A stretch of 62,839 nucleotides of DNA, filler included, from Calcarisporiella thermophila CBS 279.70 (lineage: Eukaryota > Fungi > Calcarisporiellomycota): assembly GCF_041956535.1 (NCBI RefSeq). It is 4 parts of 3 records of this genome, joined end to end, with 100 filler letters (N's around TTAATTAATTAA, not from the genome) between each part and the next. Parts side by side here need not be neighbours in the genome. Positions count along the whole stretch, not along the records: positions 1 to 18,328 come from NW_027192192.1; positions 18,429 to 45,114 come from NW_027192219.1; 2 more parts are not named here. One strand, 5' to 3'. A program made the translations under genes and the position numbers. Positions 11,509 through 22,575 of the stretch are shown here, piece after piece (positions within the stretch are counted from its first letter, which is position 1; the number at the start of each line of letters is the position of its first letter). A model generated the notes under the pieces. That model saw only the letters and a list, made by a program, of their open reading frames with translations, did no database searches and was not told where the DNA came from.

Positions 11509-13900
11509 TCAGCTCAATCTTTCTCCAACCTCTCTAACTACGTCCTCAATAGCGACACACACACTGGCGTGCTCCGGTCGTTTCAAGATGGCTCGCCGCC
11601 GTGTTTCCTTTATCTTTGCCTCCAGGTTGTCGGTCGCGTGCTTTCCTTCTGTGATCCACAGAAAGGTGGTCCTGACGGAATCTCCTCTAACCATCAGACC
11701 TTGTGTCCAGCTATTCCAGTTAGCTAGAAATCTTGATTCCGAGTCTGACCGATCCCTGCCGAGGTTAATCTGAATCGGAACCAGGTGAGCTGTCTTATTT
11801 TTCTCGTCCAATGACAAGATCAACCCGGTAATTGCCCTGAGGTTGCAAGCAAAAGGAACATATAGTGCCAGCTCGAATTTTGTGTCGTACACTGGGGTCC
11901 CATTTCTACGTATTCCTCTGCATACTATGGTTTTCATGCTGGGGAGCTCAAGGCCCGCCACATTGTGTGAAATGCTGTTAAGACTCGCCTGTTCCAAAAT
12001 GGTCCCAAGAGCGGCAGGGTTGTCTTGAAAACTCATATAGCTGCTGAGCCATTTCGGATTAAGGAACATGTCCTCTCCCAATTCACGAAATAAGCCTGTC
12101 ATGACATCACGTGCCAGTCCACAGGTATAGTGCCCGGTGAAGTTCTCGTCGAAATAGAAGTAATTATGGTCGTAATTCTCCACGCTATTTAACATTTTTT
12201 CTTTGAGCAGGCACCCACACGTGGTATCCACATACCTACAGGTTGGAGAAATTTAATAAATTAAATGCATTAATACAACGCAAAGCAAATCTAGACTTGC
12301 CGAAGCCACATCAGTTGGCTTGATTCATTTTTCTTCCGTATTGCAAATGATTCCACTAAACCTGGTATGTGTTTCAGCTCCTGAGAATTCAGGAAATCGG
12401 GCCCCATATCTTTGAAATCCTTGTTGCGCTCTAGACTCAGAAGTACACGTTGAAAAAGTGGTGTGCGACCGGTAAGATCCTCTATAAAACCTTTTTCGTT
12501 CTGATCTATATTTGGCAAACGGTCTTTATAAAGCTTTCACCATTCCTGCATCTCCGCTTTGCCAGCAATCAACAGCTTTAGTGTACGATAATTACAACCC
12601 GTGACATAAAAGAAATTCTCTTACCTTCGTCAGTCCTCCTTAAAGTGCGATCTTTTTTTCAGATAATTGTTGTTGCTGCATATGAATGGCCGATGTAAGG
12701 CTCGCCGATGCACTATTAATGACATAATGACTAAACATGCTCTGCTCTAAGCTTTCGCTTATTGATCATTTCTTAATATCTCTGATATCATCTTTACGAT
12801 CCATATCATGAACCAGGGCATTAATTTGGTCGACAATGAAATAGAGACGGATCGAATCTCTGACCACAATTTTACCGCAAAATGCATAAATTTTCTCCGT
12901 TGTGTCGCATTTTAAAATTTCGAGCTGATGGGATTCAGAGTCACCAAATGTAAGGAGGAGAGCTTCTCTAAGATACCTCAAGAAATCATAAACCATTTCG
13001 AAACAATCTGGGAGGTAAACAACTCGTTTTCCTTGCCGAATGAGAAGACAAACCATTGCTGCAAGGATATAGGGTTTTCCATACCCAGTACTCCCATAAA
13101 CATAAAGCTTTTGATAGTAGTACGGATAATAAAGCTTTCGACCTCTGCTAGCACTCGAGCGAACCCCTCCCGACCCATGTATCCAAAGCACCCATCGGTA
13201 ATATCAAAACGGATGGCTGGGATGGCGCCGAGAAAGGGAAAGGGGATCAGCATGACTTTATTGGGGCTGGAATACTCCTTAGGGTCTTTGAGTGTCTCTG
13301 CCATAATCCGGCGGAAGTGTGTCTGGTATGGGTGTAATCACTAAAATTGAATGAACTATAAGATAAAAGATACTCTAATACAAAGCGAGAGCACTATAAC
13401 TTTACCCTTCAATTTATAATCCAAATCTGGCTTCTTCGAAGGTCCCTCATCTTCAGTAAGAATATGATGCATAAATAAGAATATTTTTTTACAAAATCAA
13501 TCTATTAGCAAAGTACATACCCTCCACCCGCCGCTTTTTTCCAGCGACTAATGAACGATGGAAACAATGGTAATTTTGTTAAAGTGCATTGTAGATTTAT
13601 ATTTAAATATGAAGCGACAATGACAAAAGCAATACATCTCAGACTATTTACCAACAGTAGCTGAGACTAACACCCTACAGTCATTTTCTAAACGTTCTAC
13701 GGCTGATGTGATAGTATCCCCCGGATCAAGATCAACTGCTGGTTCATTACCCTGCTTAATCATGAGGAGTTGGGCTGCATCATTGTTTTTGGACTGATTT
13801 GCCATTGTGTTTTTGACTCTAAAGATCTTTTACGAATTCGAGGTCGGTCAAGTAGATACAAAGATCCAATTGTCACTTCAGATCCTATGCATTTGAAACA
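11509..13900 (-). pseudogene. Crinkler (CRN/RHS)-type effector relic: header domain + P-loop NTPase + restriction-endonuclease-fold domain
   Basis: Header-like NNDAAQLL..DLDPGDTI (~13720-13830). Walker A region KLYVYGSTGYGKP..LAAMVCLL...KRVVYLPDC and Walker B LYFIVDQINAL. C-terminal YVPFACNLRAITGLIL..LVPIQI...DSESRF..W. A frameshift near 13140 and an in-frame stop at 12766 disrupt it. The 5' boundary is approximate. Confidence 0.7.
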
Positions 13901-14059
13901 AAAAAACCTGAATAATCAGGGTAGTGCTCTTCAAAGCGGTAAGACTGTTAGAATAGATTTACTTTGTAACCCATACAACAAGATCACCCGTGTAATACGA
14001 TTAATATTTAGCTTCATACACAAGTGGCAAACTTCTGACTGAATGGCAATGGTTAGAAA

Positions 14060-14230
14060 AAATTGCTTTATAAGAACTATCAAAATCCAAACTTTTAATA
14101 GCTACAGCTTTATTTTATCAGTCGCAACCGTGCTGTATTGGGCAAAGACGTGTGGTAGATGCAAGTGATGCTAACTGGGATGCCATCCTTTTCCAAGTAA
14201 TTAACGTGTTTTAAAGGGACCTGTAAACTA
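14060..14230 (+). mobile_element. Ty3/gypsy RT-RNase H remnant
   Basis: Translates VVDASDANWDAILFQ, resembling the TDASxxAxGAVLxQ RNase H start. The surrounding frames are broken. Confidence 0.35.
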
Positions 14231-15523
14231 CATGACAGGAATTTTCCGTGTGTTAGTACCAGACTACTAAAGCTTGGTAATTTTAAACCATTATCTGTTA
14301 GAAGTCACAGTGTGTGCGAAGGGTTAATCACAATAGAATCGGCAGTAGGCAGCTCTTGCTTCACGATAGTGAGGCTGTTTTTTGGTTGAAAAAGTGCTAC
14401 TACAAGAGGAATGTATACGGAGATATGGAAGAATAGGGCCGGTGAAAATATTGCTTGGTGTTGCCGAAAATAGGATCCAAGCAAAGCATTCAATTTACGA
14501 GAATGGGCATGGTTGAGTGCTGGAACTTAGAGAGTGTTAATATTGTAACAACGTAATGAAGCCAGTTCTGAAAAGAGAGGGTTGCGTAGGTGAGAAAACG
14601 TGATACTGTAATAGTCTTGTAGCTAATAATTTCTTATAAGTGTGATACCTACTGTATAATTTCTTTGACGTACGAATACTTCAACATTTTAAAATGTCCA
14701 ATCTAGACATTTTTTTTATTGGTATATTGATCAAAACCTTTAAATGGAATTTTCACAGGGCAAATTCCCACGTGTAACTGCTTCCAATGTTTCCACATAA
14801 TCATTCTGGGAATCGAGGTTAGGGCCGCCGCACCACCGATTTGGTACCTTAATACTAAGCCACTATACCTTAAGGAGGCTTTTTACCATAAGAACCAATT
14901 GGTCCCGTTACACTAGGTATATTTGGGCAGAATGACCAGGGGGAAAGAGCGAATAACGTCAAAGATTCGCACGCAAAGGTTGATAGCAAGAAGTTGGCCA
15001 AGAACTGGAGTAGATTCAAAATGTTCCCAAGGGAAATAGTGGGTACTTCAAATGCTAGTCGGTACCTTATTTCTGCTTGCCCTTGTCAATTTGTTATAAG
15101 GTATCCGTAGAGAATGAGAATGATAATATCTTTTCCTGAGATATCTTAATATTTATCACAAGGAGGTTAAGCTACGGGCTTTCATTTGTTTATGGGGGAA
15201 AAGTGGTGCAAGTGGATCTTTCAAACGTATAGATGTTCTGTACATTGAGAGATGCTTGTAGGTTGAAATTAAAATGCTTTCAGCTTGTGGGAATATTAGT
15301 TGAGTATAGTTAAATAAACCTTAGTTTATTGCTGTGATAAAAAAATCGATAAATCTTTATTCAAGGAGATAACTTTTTTAATCCTGTGAATATATTCACT
15401 CTGGATTAATAATCTTCCAAGCAAAACTCTACGTATATAAGCGCCATTGCTTTATTTCATTTTCTGCAAAACACTTTTTCAGTCTCTGCCTTTACCAATC
15501 TTCTTTTGTGAATAATATTCGTT

Positions 15524-16018
15524 ATGTCTGGCTTAGGATCTACTCTTGCCGATATCACCAAACTATTGGTCGGCGCTGGTACAGCTCAACATGCTGGTCA
15601 CTTTACTTTCCTCGATAATAATACAACTGCATATGCCACTATTGACAATATGCTCTTTGTTGTTGGCCGCAAGGAGTCCCCTGCCAATGCCAGTGACAAG
15701 AATCGTCTGGTCATTTGTGCTCGTCCTGATGCTTGGACCAAATACATTCGCAAAGGTGACGACTACACTAGAGCTGGTGACAGTTACGGCAGCCAGGAAG
15801 GAAATATGAAATATGCGTACAGAACATACACCACGGGTGAGGAATTCTCAGCTGGAAAGGCCAAAGCTTTTGGTGCCTACTCCAATTTTTTGGACTTCAA
15901 GGTCGACTGCAAAGATAAGACCGTTATCCTGTACTGTTCCAATGATAACTCTCGAGAAAATGTAGAATCAATTGTGAAAGAACTCCGAGCCGTGTACAAC
16001 AAGATATGGAATCTCTAA
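15524..16018 (+). CDS. 164-aa protein, probable highly divergent profilin-fold member
   Basis: Clean intronless ORF with TATATAA at ~15434 and AATAAA downstream. ITKLLVGAGTAQHAGHF..D..TAYAT, G.MKY, and KTVILY..N....VESIVKELRAVY parallel the profilin N-terminus, GxKY strand and C-terminal helix. The ORF is confident; the family call is tentative. Confidence 0.6.
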   Translation: MSGLGSTLADITKLLVGAGTAQHAGHFTFLDNNTTAYATIDNMLFVVGRKESPANASDKNRLVICARPDAWTKYIRKGDDYTRAGDSYGSQEGNMKYAYRTYTTGEEFSAGKAKAFGAYSNFLDFKVDCKDKTVILYCSNDNSRENVESIVKELRAVYNKIWNL

Positions 16019-16625
16019 TTTAACTACACTGGAAATGTTCATTTAATTCTGCCGTTATTGAGCGCTTCTTTTGAAATAAAAATTTCGCTGAAATGATAAA
16101 ATAGGTTTGACGACAACCATTGGAATACTAACATACTAAAGAAGCAATGAAGGTTAGGAATTTGGATCACCTGGCCAGAAAAAAAAATTTACTGTTTTTT
16201 CAAGAAATATCTCTTTATTTTTCAACTCGCTATTCATATTTCTTCAGCTCTAGACAATTCAAAATAGAGCCAGAAAAATCGTATACTTGATCAGGTTTGA
16301 ATTTGTTTTGATAGATCAATTCGATTCAGAAGTAATCGTATAAAGACATGGTTATGAATTGGGTTGTGTTTCGTAACTTATGAATAGAAATACATACGGT
16401 ATTTTGAATTCTGAATTAATTACATTAGTTCTCTCATTTTTTTTATTTATTGCCAAATAGATAAAAATTTATAAAATAATTCGAGGCCTTTTTCTCAAGT
16501 AAAATTCTTTACTATCATAACAGGATTATTGATACACTTTTCATTCTCAACCAGTAGTACGTGGATACCGTTGCTTGAGTAAGAGATTGTACGGAGACTA
16601 CAGGAGTTGATTTCCGATCATTACC

Positions 16626-17573
16626 CTAATGAGTGCTGCGTAATACTGCAGTTGGGATATTAATAGAGGCCGGGGGTGTCCACCTTATATACTCCATTAT
16701 ATATGGCTCCATAACTGCATATGCAAAATATATCACGATAAACTGTCCCCGAATAATATAAATTACTTTCAAAATATCCAGTGGCACGACCTTGTCGTCT
16801 AATTTGATCTTAATCGTGACGATCAAAGTCGCAAGCAAAATATAGTCCATCAGCAGAAGTATTATGGTGATTCTTCCAAAAAATTGGAATACAAGGTCAT
16901 TGTTTCGATCATGTATAATTTTTATGCAAGACTTATAAAAAATCACGCCGGTAATCAGAGAGAAGGTGAAGTAGGCCGCTGTTATGGTGATAATTAATGT
17001 GTTTATGGTGCACCAAAGATTTGGAGCGCTTGTGTGGTTTATCAGCACGATGGTTATGATCACGGAACATACCAAGTTCGCCAACGAAAGTCCCTGAACA
17101 AAATACTGAAGTTTGCTCCAAATAGGTGCCAGGGATGATTGCAATACGGGAGCATTGTATAGTTTTAGAGAATCGATAATGATAAGGCTGTTCAACGCAG
17201 AAACGAGTGCGCACTCTGCAATGATAAGAATAGGGCTAGAAGCATCTGGGTGATCACTCAAATAGTTACAAAAAAGAAGATCTTGAAATTGAACAGCGAA
17301 ATAGCATAATCCCACCAGGACGCTTGCAACCACTTTGGTTATCCTTGTCAGTAAATTCTTTCGAATCTTATTTTGTACCGTTTTGTATATATAAGGGAGC
17401 GAGAGCAGGATGATCCATATCCCAATAAACACTGTTGCTCCCGAAATGCTGCAGCTCCTGATGATCTCTTGCTTCCCCAAATATGGCATAACATTTAAGG
17501 GGCGACATTCTGTGAAGAAATTGACAGAAGCGCAGCATGCGCTTAGTGTGGTATTGTTGCTCGACAGATCCAT
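16626..17573 (-). CDS. Orphan 7-transmembrane (GPCR-like) protein, 315 aa
   Basis: Intronless ORF with seven hydrophobic segments. The short Cys-rich N-terminus carries an N-glycosylation sequon (NTT), and there are Cys residues in loops. Confidence 0.65.
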   Translation of the reverse strand: MDLSSNNTTLSACCASVNFFTECRPLNVMPYLGKQEIIRSCSISGATVFIGIWIILLSLPYIYKTVQNKIRKNLLTRITKVVASVLVGLCYFAVQFQDLLFCNYLSDHPDASSPILIIAECALVSALNSLIIIDSLKLYNAPVLQSSLAPIWSKLQYFVQGLSLANLVCSVIITIVLINHTSAPNLWCTINTLIITITAAYFTFSLITGVIFYKSCIKIIHDRNNDLVFQFFGRITIILLLMDYILLATLIVTIKIKLDDKVVPLDILKVIYIIRGQFIVIYFAYAVMEPYIMEYIRWTPPASINIPTAVLRSTH

Positions 17574-18328
17574 AAAATAATAGTAGGTAGATGGAAATAT
17601 TCATTTAGTCCCATTCTGGAGGATGGAAGGAAGCAGGTTAAATAATTCATCTCGCAGAGATGGCAGCCATTTTTTACAGGCTTGACCATTTATTTTCTCT
17701 TTATATGGATTAGCGAACTACTTGTTCCTCTTTGTAAAATGGGGTCGAGAACTCGTGCAAGTTTTATCGTTTAATGAAATTGGATATTTTTGAACTGTGT
17801 CTAGATTAAGTGTCTTTTTAAAACACACCAAACATTTAGCTTATCCAATAGGCTCCACCAATACTAGTTCTTCGTTTACCGAGTTAGCTGTACTACGTTA
17901 AATTGATCTCTGTCGAAAAAGCGATCGGAGGGGTTGGGCTGCCAGAATAAATTGGTTCACAAACTAAATGTCAACTGCTTAATAAATAATCAAGGAGGTG
18001 TTAGAATAAAATTTATAATACCATACGGTCTCCAAGATCTATGACAAACACTTGGATAAGAAAGACTTAGGAATTGAAAGTCGGCACAAAAACTGGATTA
18101 AATTCGTATAATCCAGTTGGATGCGGATTAAAAACCGATATTTTGATTAAATTATAGCATAACATTTCCTTTTAGGTGAAACAATTTAATGCAACTCCGA
18201 GAAATATGGATATTGAGAACGTTTGCGAGTATTCCCTTTGTTTAAATACGCTAACTTTTTTCTCGTAAGGTAAAATAGGGCATGATTTAACACTGGTAGG
18301 GGACTGTACCTGATTCTATTTCTTACTT

Positions 18329-18428
18329 NNNNNNNNNNNNNNNNNNNNNNNNNNNNNNNNNNNNNNNNNNNNTTAATTAATTAANNNNNNNNNNNNNNNN
18401 NNNNNNNNNNNNNNNNNNNNNNNNNNNN
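18329..18428. other. Artificial contig-joining spacer
   Basis: N44-TTAATTAATTAA-N44, with stop codons in all six frames. Confidence 0.95.
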
Positions 18429-18739
18429 GAGATGGTAGTCTTTACAAGAGCCCCGGGGTTTAACCAATGTGTGCTGGGTTCGATTCCCGGCGACGGCACC
18501 TGTACTAGAGATGGGTCCGGGACATACTCTAGGAATCGAGCTATAAGATACTTCGTTCTTAATAATTTGCTATTGATCGTCCTCAGAAAAAAAACAAAGA
18601 AATACGTTTAATATAGTGACTTGTCAGAAGAAATACATGTAAGCAATGGTTGAGCGTTAGAAATAGCGTGCAAATCCTTTCATTTAACTTGTATAGGAGA
18701 TTTTTCAATAAAAGATCCTTCAATCTCAAAAAAAAAAAT
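18429..18739 (+). mobile_element. tRNA-derived SINE copy (5' truncated by contig edge)
   Basis: B-box GGTTCGATTCCC. About 110 nt are near-identical to 19540-19650. It ends in TTGTATAGGAGATTTTTCAATAAA and an A-tract. Confidence 0.7.
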
Positions 18740-19029
18740 AGTGGTCTTTACAGTAAGTCGGTTCACCCGAAGACATCACATGACCGAAGTTAAGGTTGCA
18801 TTGTTGATCTTTTGTTGTTTCTTTGTGATCGATTGTTTTGGAAAGATGCATTTTTAGTTCATCCTCGGGAACATCTATTTTGAGTCATTTTCTTGATTTC
18901 CCATCCCTATTTAAACCCATCTATTTTGTCTTGTTGTCCTCACCAATTTCCCTGAATTATCAAGATAAATCTCTTATTTTTATCAAGATCCGGACACCCC
19001 TCCACACAAACCTCCTTTCGCCCGTAACA
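18740..19029 (+). mobile_element. Solo-LTR-like fragment
   Basis: 18757-18850 matches 58396-58500. 18908-19029 matches the reverse complement of 57959-58065. It ends in GTAACA. Confidence 0.6.
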
Positions 19030-19519
19030 CAAGAAAAAACGATAAGTTTTGGTCACAATATGATATGTGGCACAGCTTTAGACAAATATGACTGACTATC
19101 GTCTCATTTCGAATGCATTCGAGCATCACCCGAGACAATCATCCTCCGTGCCAAAATGGACATCGAGGAGGCTATCGGAGATGAACTGATAAAGGTACGA
19201 AAAAGACGAGAGATAAAGTTATTCCGAAGAAGGTGGTGCAGTCAGGGAGCGGTAATAGAAAGTTCGGATAGAGCAAGACTAAAGCTGGAGTGACGAAGCA
19301 ACACTTCCTCTCTCCCAATCCGCTCTTTCCCTCCTCCCCTCTTCCCCTCCTCTTTACTTCATACCTTTCACCAAATACCCGATCACTATATACATCTAAT
19401 NNNNNNNNNNNNNNNNNNNNNNNNNNNNNNNNNNNNNNNNNNNNNNNNNNNNNNNNNNNNNNNNNNNNNNNNNNNNNNNNNNNNNNNNNNNNNNNNNNNN
19501 NNNNNNNNNTGACTGATTA

Positions 19520-19857
19520 TCGACTTTATAAGCACAGTGGTTAAGAGCCCCGGATCTAAAACCATTGTGTGCTGGGTTCGATTCCCGGTGACAGCACCAG
19601 TACTAAAGATGTGGCCGGGACATACTCTAGGAATTGAGTTATAAGTGACATCGTTACAACTCCTCCGAAATGCTGTAAAATGCGTCAATGAAATTCTTCC
19701 ATATATACTTTCTTCTTATTCTGTATCTTTCTTGGTACAAGCAATTCCTCTCTACAAGGCTGGTCAGGAGCATTACATGGGTGATTTTGACGTAGAAGTC
19801 TACCCTGCCTTTATCTTGTATAGGAGACTTTTCAATAAATGACCTTGGTTAAAAAAG
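19520..19857 (+). mobile_element. tRNA-derived SINE copy
   Basis: A-box-like AGCACAGTGG, B-box GGTTCGATTCCC and encoded ACCA. The 3' tail GGTGATTTTGACGTAGAAGTCTACCCT..TTGTATAGGAGACTTTTCAATAAA is followed by an A-tract. Confidence 0.75.
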
Positions 19858-20157
19858 ATTAATTATTGGTGGCATAGGGAAAATAAATCCAGTTGTTTAG
19901 GTACCGCGGATGAGCTGACAGAGCGGAGTTAGTAACGAAGCATCCCTTTTTCTCTCCATATATATGCACTCTCTATTCCACTTCCTTTTCTTCCTCTTTA
20001 CTACATATCTCTCTCATTAAGATAATATATAGTCACAACAAAAGTTTCACCGTGTACTCCTGCATCCAACCTTATCTCCCTTTTATTTCTCCTTATTGTA
20101 ATCGAAATTAATAAAAGTTTCGATCGATTGATCAAAAAAAATTATTGGGGTACCGCG

Positions 20158-21800
20158 ATGCCTAGTGCTCCCCCTGATACCCATCCTTTCTGCGCGGATG
20201 CTTTTCACATAGCGAGCACACTCAAAACTAAAAACTCAGACGAGAAACCGACTCTGGAAAATATAAACACAAGTCCATCTAGAACCTTTTTCAAAAACTC
20301 GGTTACATTCAAGTTTTCGCGTTTTGAGTTCTCATCCCAAGAAGTAGTGAAGCTACTGTACGAGGAATATCAAAAACAAGTGACAGCAATCAAAATCTTT
20401 GGGCACTCCAAGACCATCATGCTTGCATCCCGGACTGAGGTGAACGCTCACGAGGTAATCAAGAATGGCTATTACGCGAATGATCCCTTGTTATAAGACT
20501 CTCTCCATCTCCAAGAGTGTACTAAAAGTTAGAATTAATGACCTTCCTGGACAGGAAGTGGAAGCCATCAGAGAAAAATTGGAAGCAGCTTTATACAAAT
20601 ATGCCTGAGTCATACAGATTGATTTTCAATACTACAGCAACCCAACAAAAAACTCGCCAGGTGAAAATTGCTAGAAAATGTATAAAAGCATGTAGAAATG
20701 ATGGAGGACGTTTGCGATTCCTCAAATTTTTACAAGCTTTTCACTTACTTTTCACGATGTTTATAATGGGAGAGGAGTCTACAAATTTTAGTGAAATTGA
20801 TGAAAATTTATAGGGAATCGCGAACGACCTCCATCTTTTCTACATGTTTCTATACATTTTCTAGCAATTTTCACCGGGCGGGTTTTTTGTAGGGCAACAC
20901 AGGGAGGCCACAGGACCACTGCTACGCCATACTTGAACCGAACACTGAGACCCAGGTACCTTTATAAAATATTCTACCTCACCAATTAGCCATCGACGTT
21001 GGCAAATAATTCTTTCTTGGAGAGGATCTATTCCAACGTGCAATTACTGTGAGTCTCCTGATCACATACCCGTAGAATGTCCAATGAAAAATAGACAGCC
21101 TCAAGAATATAAACTTGTCCAAGCACTCGCCCCGCCTATTCGTAAAACCATGCCAGATAGAATGAATACAGATAATGAGACAGAGAAATAAGAGAAGAAC
21201 CAAAAAGATACCAGCAAAATATCCATTATTCCAACGACAAACGCACCAAATACTAACCCCCTAGGACCCAAAGTATTCAACTAAATAACCGGACTCCACT
21301 GTGCCAGTCAAGAGGAGCCCCGAAATAAAAACGGTGAACATGTAAGAAATCTTGTCTTCCCAGAAGAACGTGGAGTTCGACTTCATTCCTACAAAATTGC
21401 CCATGCACATCGAGCATCCAACACGCAAAATTATCTTTAACCCAAAGAACCCCTCAAAGCGCAAGAGCCTCCCTAAGACAAAAGTTACAAGTTGTCCCAA
21501 CGGAACATGAGCTTATATATATTGTAGCGACAGCAAATGTCATTCCCATTCAGCGCCTTTGCTTTCTGCATATTAAATAATATGCGAAAGTAAAAAAAGG
21601 TTTTCTATCAACATTTCACTAACTTTATACTCAACCATTCATATCAACTTATTCTAACAATCCGTCTACTTTCTTCTCACTTGTAACCCGCTTCAAGCTA
21701 GACTGGGGGCAGTACCAAGGTGATTTTGACATAGTAGTTACCCTACCTTTTTTAACTGTATAGGATACTTTTCAATAAAAGTTCCAATGTTGAAAAAAAA
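20158..21800 (+). mobile_element. Degenerate non-LTR retroelement: ORF1/gag-like with zinc knuckle, no ORF2
   Basis: Broken ORF (NSVTFKF..EVVKLL..; VLKVRINDLPG..IREKLEAAL.KY) and a CX2CX4HX4C knuckle, CNYCESPDHIPVEC, at 21039-21080. The 3' tail at 21719-21800 is shared with the SINEs and ends in an A-tract. Confidence 0.7.
20641..20894. mobile_element. MITE with ~90-bp TIRs and 3-bp TSD (CAA), inserted in the ORF1 relic
   Basis: CCCAACAAAAAACTCGCCAGGTGAAAATTGCTAGAAAATGTATA... is the inverted repeat of ...TATACATTTTCTAGCAATTTTCACCGGGCGGGTTTTTTGTAGGG. CAA flanks both sides. Confidence 0.9.
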
Positions 21801-22199
21801 CACAAGTATTAGGGTAGAGATAGAGTAGCTGTCTATCCCAAAAGAGTCATGAATAGCATTGAACGGATCACCGTAGGGCAACTTAAGGTGTTTATGGAAT
21901 CCCGGTGTATCGCTTGGGCTATATATTTGTACGTCTTTGGCATGGTCTTACGAGAAGCGGATGACTTCCATTATGATTCATAGAGCTTTCAAACTATAGT
22001 CAAAGCTGCAGTGTATAGGAATACACTTTTGCTTACAATTACGCTGTTGCCCATGATTTTGGTGGTGTTCACATGCTCCTTTAGCAGTAATTTAAAGGGC
22101 ATGTTGTGGACTTGTTTATCTGTTATCATTCTTTGTAATGTTTGCGGAGGAAGCCATTTTTTGTTGGCTTTGTGCATAAAATCCACTCGATGATTTTTA

Positions 22200-22425
22200 T
22201 ATGAAAAGAATGGAAGGGTAGACTTCTACGTCAAAATCACCTACCCTTTGCCTCCCTTTTTTTTATAGTTGGATTTCTCCTAAGACTTTTTGCTAGCTAT
22301 TTTTGTAACCGCTTGATACTACTTGCTTGTTGCTATACTATTGATAGCGATTGAGTCCTGGGAAAAACCCGGCAAATTCTCATGGACGGATGTCGCATAC
22401 AGGAATTGAACCCGCAACCTAGTGA
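22200..22425 (-). mobile_element. Second SINE family copy
   Basis: Minus-strand B-box GGTTCAATTCC. The body TTTGCCGGGTTTT is shared with 56905-57120, and it has the same GGTGATTTTGACGTAGAAGTCTACCCT tail. Confidence 0.65.
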
Positions 22426-22502
22426 CTCAACTTTGGAAAAAAATTGTTCACGAATGCTGCGCCACATATCAAATTGGGATCAAAACTCATACTTTTTTTC
22501 AC

Positions 22503-22575
22503 GCCCGGCTAGCTCAATCGGTAGAGCGTGAGACTCTTAATCTCAAGGTTGTGGGTTCGACCCCCACGTTGGGCG
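22503..22575 (+). tRNA. tRNA-Lys(CTT)
   Basis: GCCCGGCTAGCTCAATCGGTAGAGCGTGAGACTCTTAATCTCAAGGTTGTGGGTTCGACCCCCACGTTGGGCG forms a full cloverleaf with anticodon CTT, no intron, and a downstream T-run. Confidence 0.97.

Noticed and set aside
18373-18384. TTAATTAATTAA palindrome occurring three times
   Set aside because: It is embedded in fixed-length N runs and is an assembly linker, not biology.
19525-19600. tRNA-like sequence with possible CTA/TTA anticodon (suppressor tRNA or tRNA-Sec)
   Set aside because: The anticodon stem does not pair, the two copies differ there, and both continue into a shared SINE body and tail.
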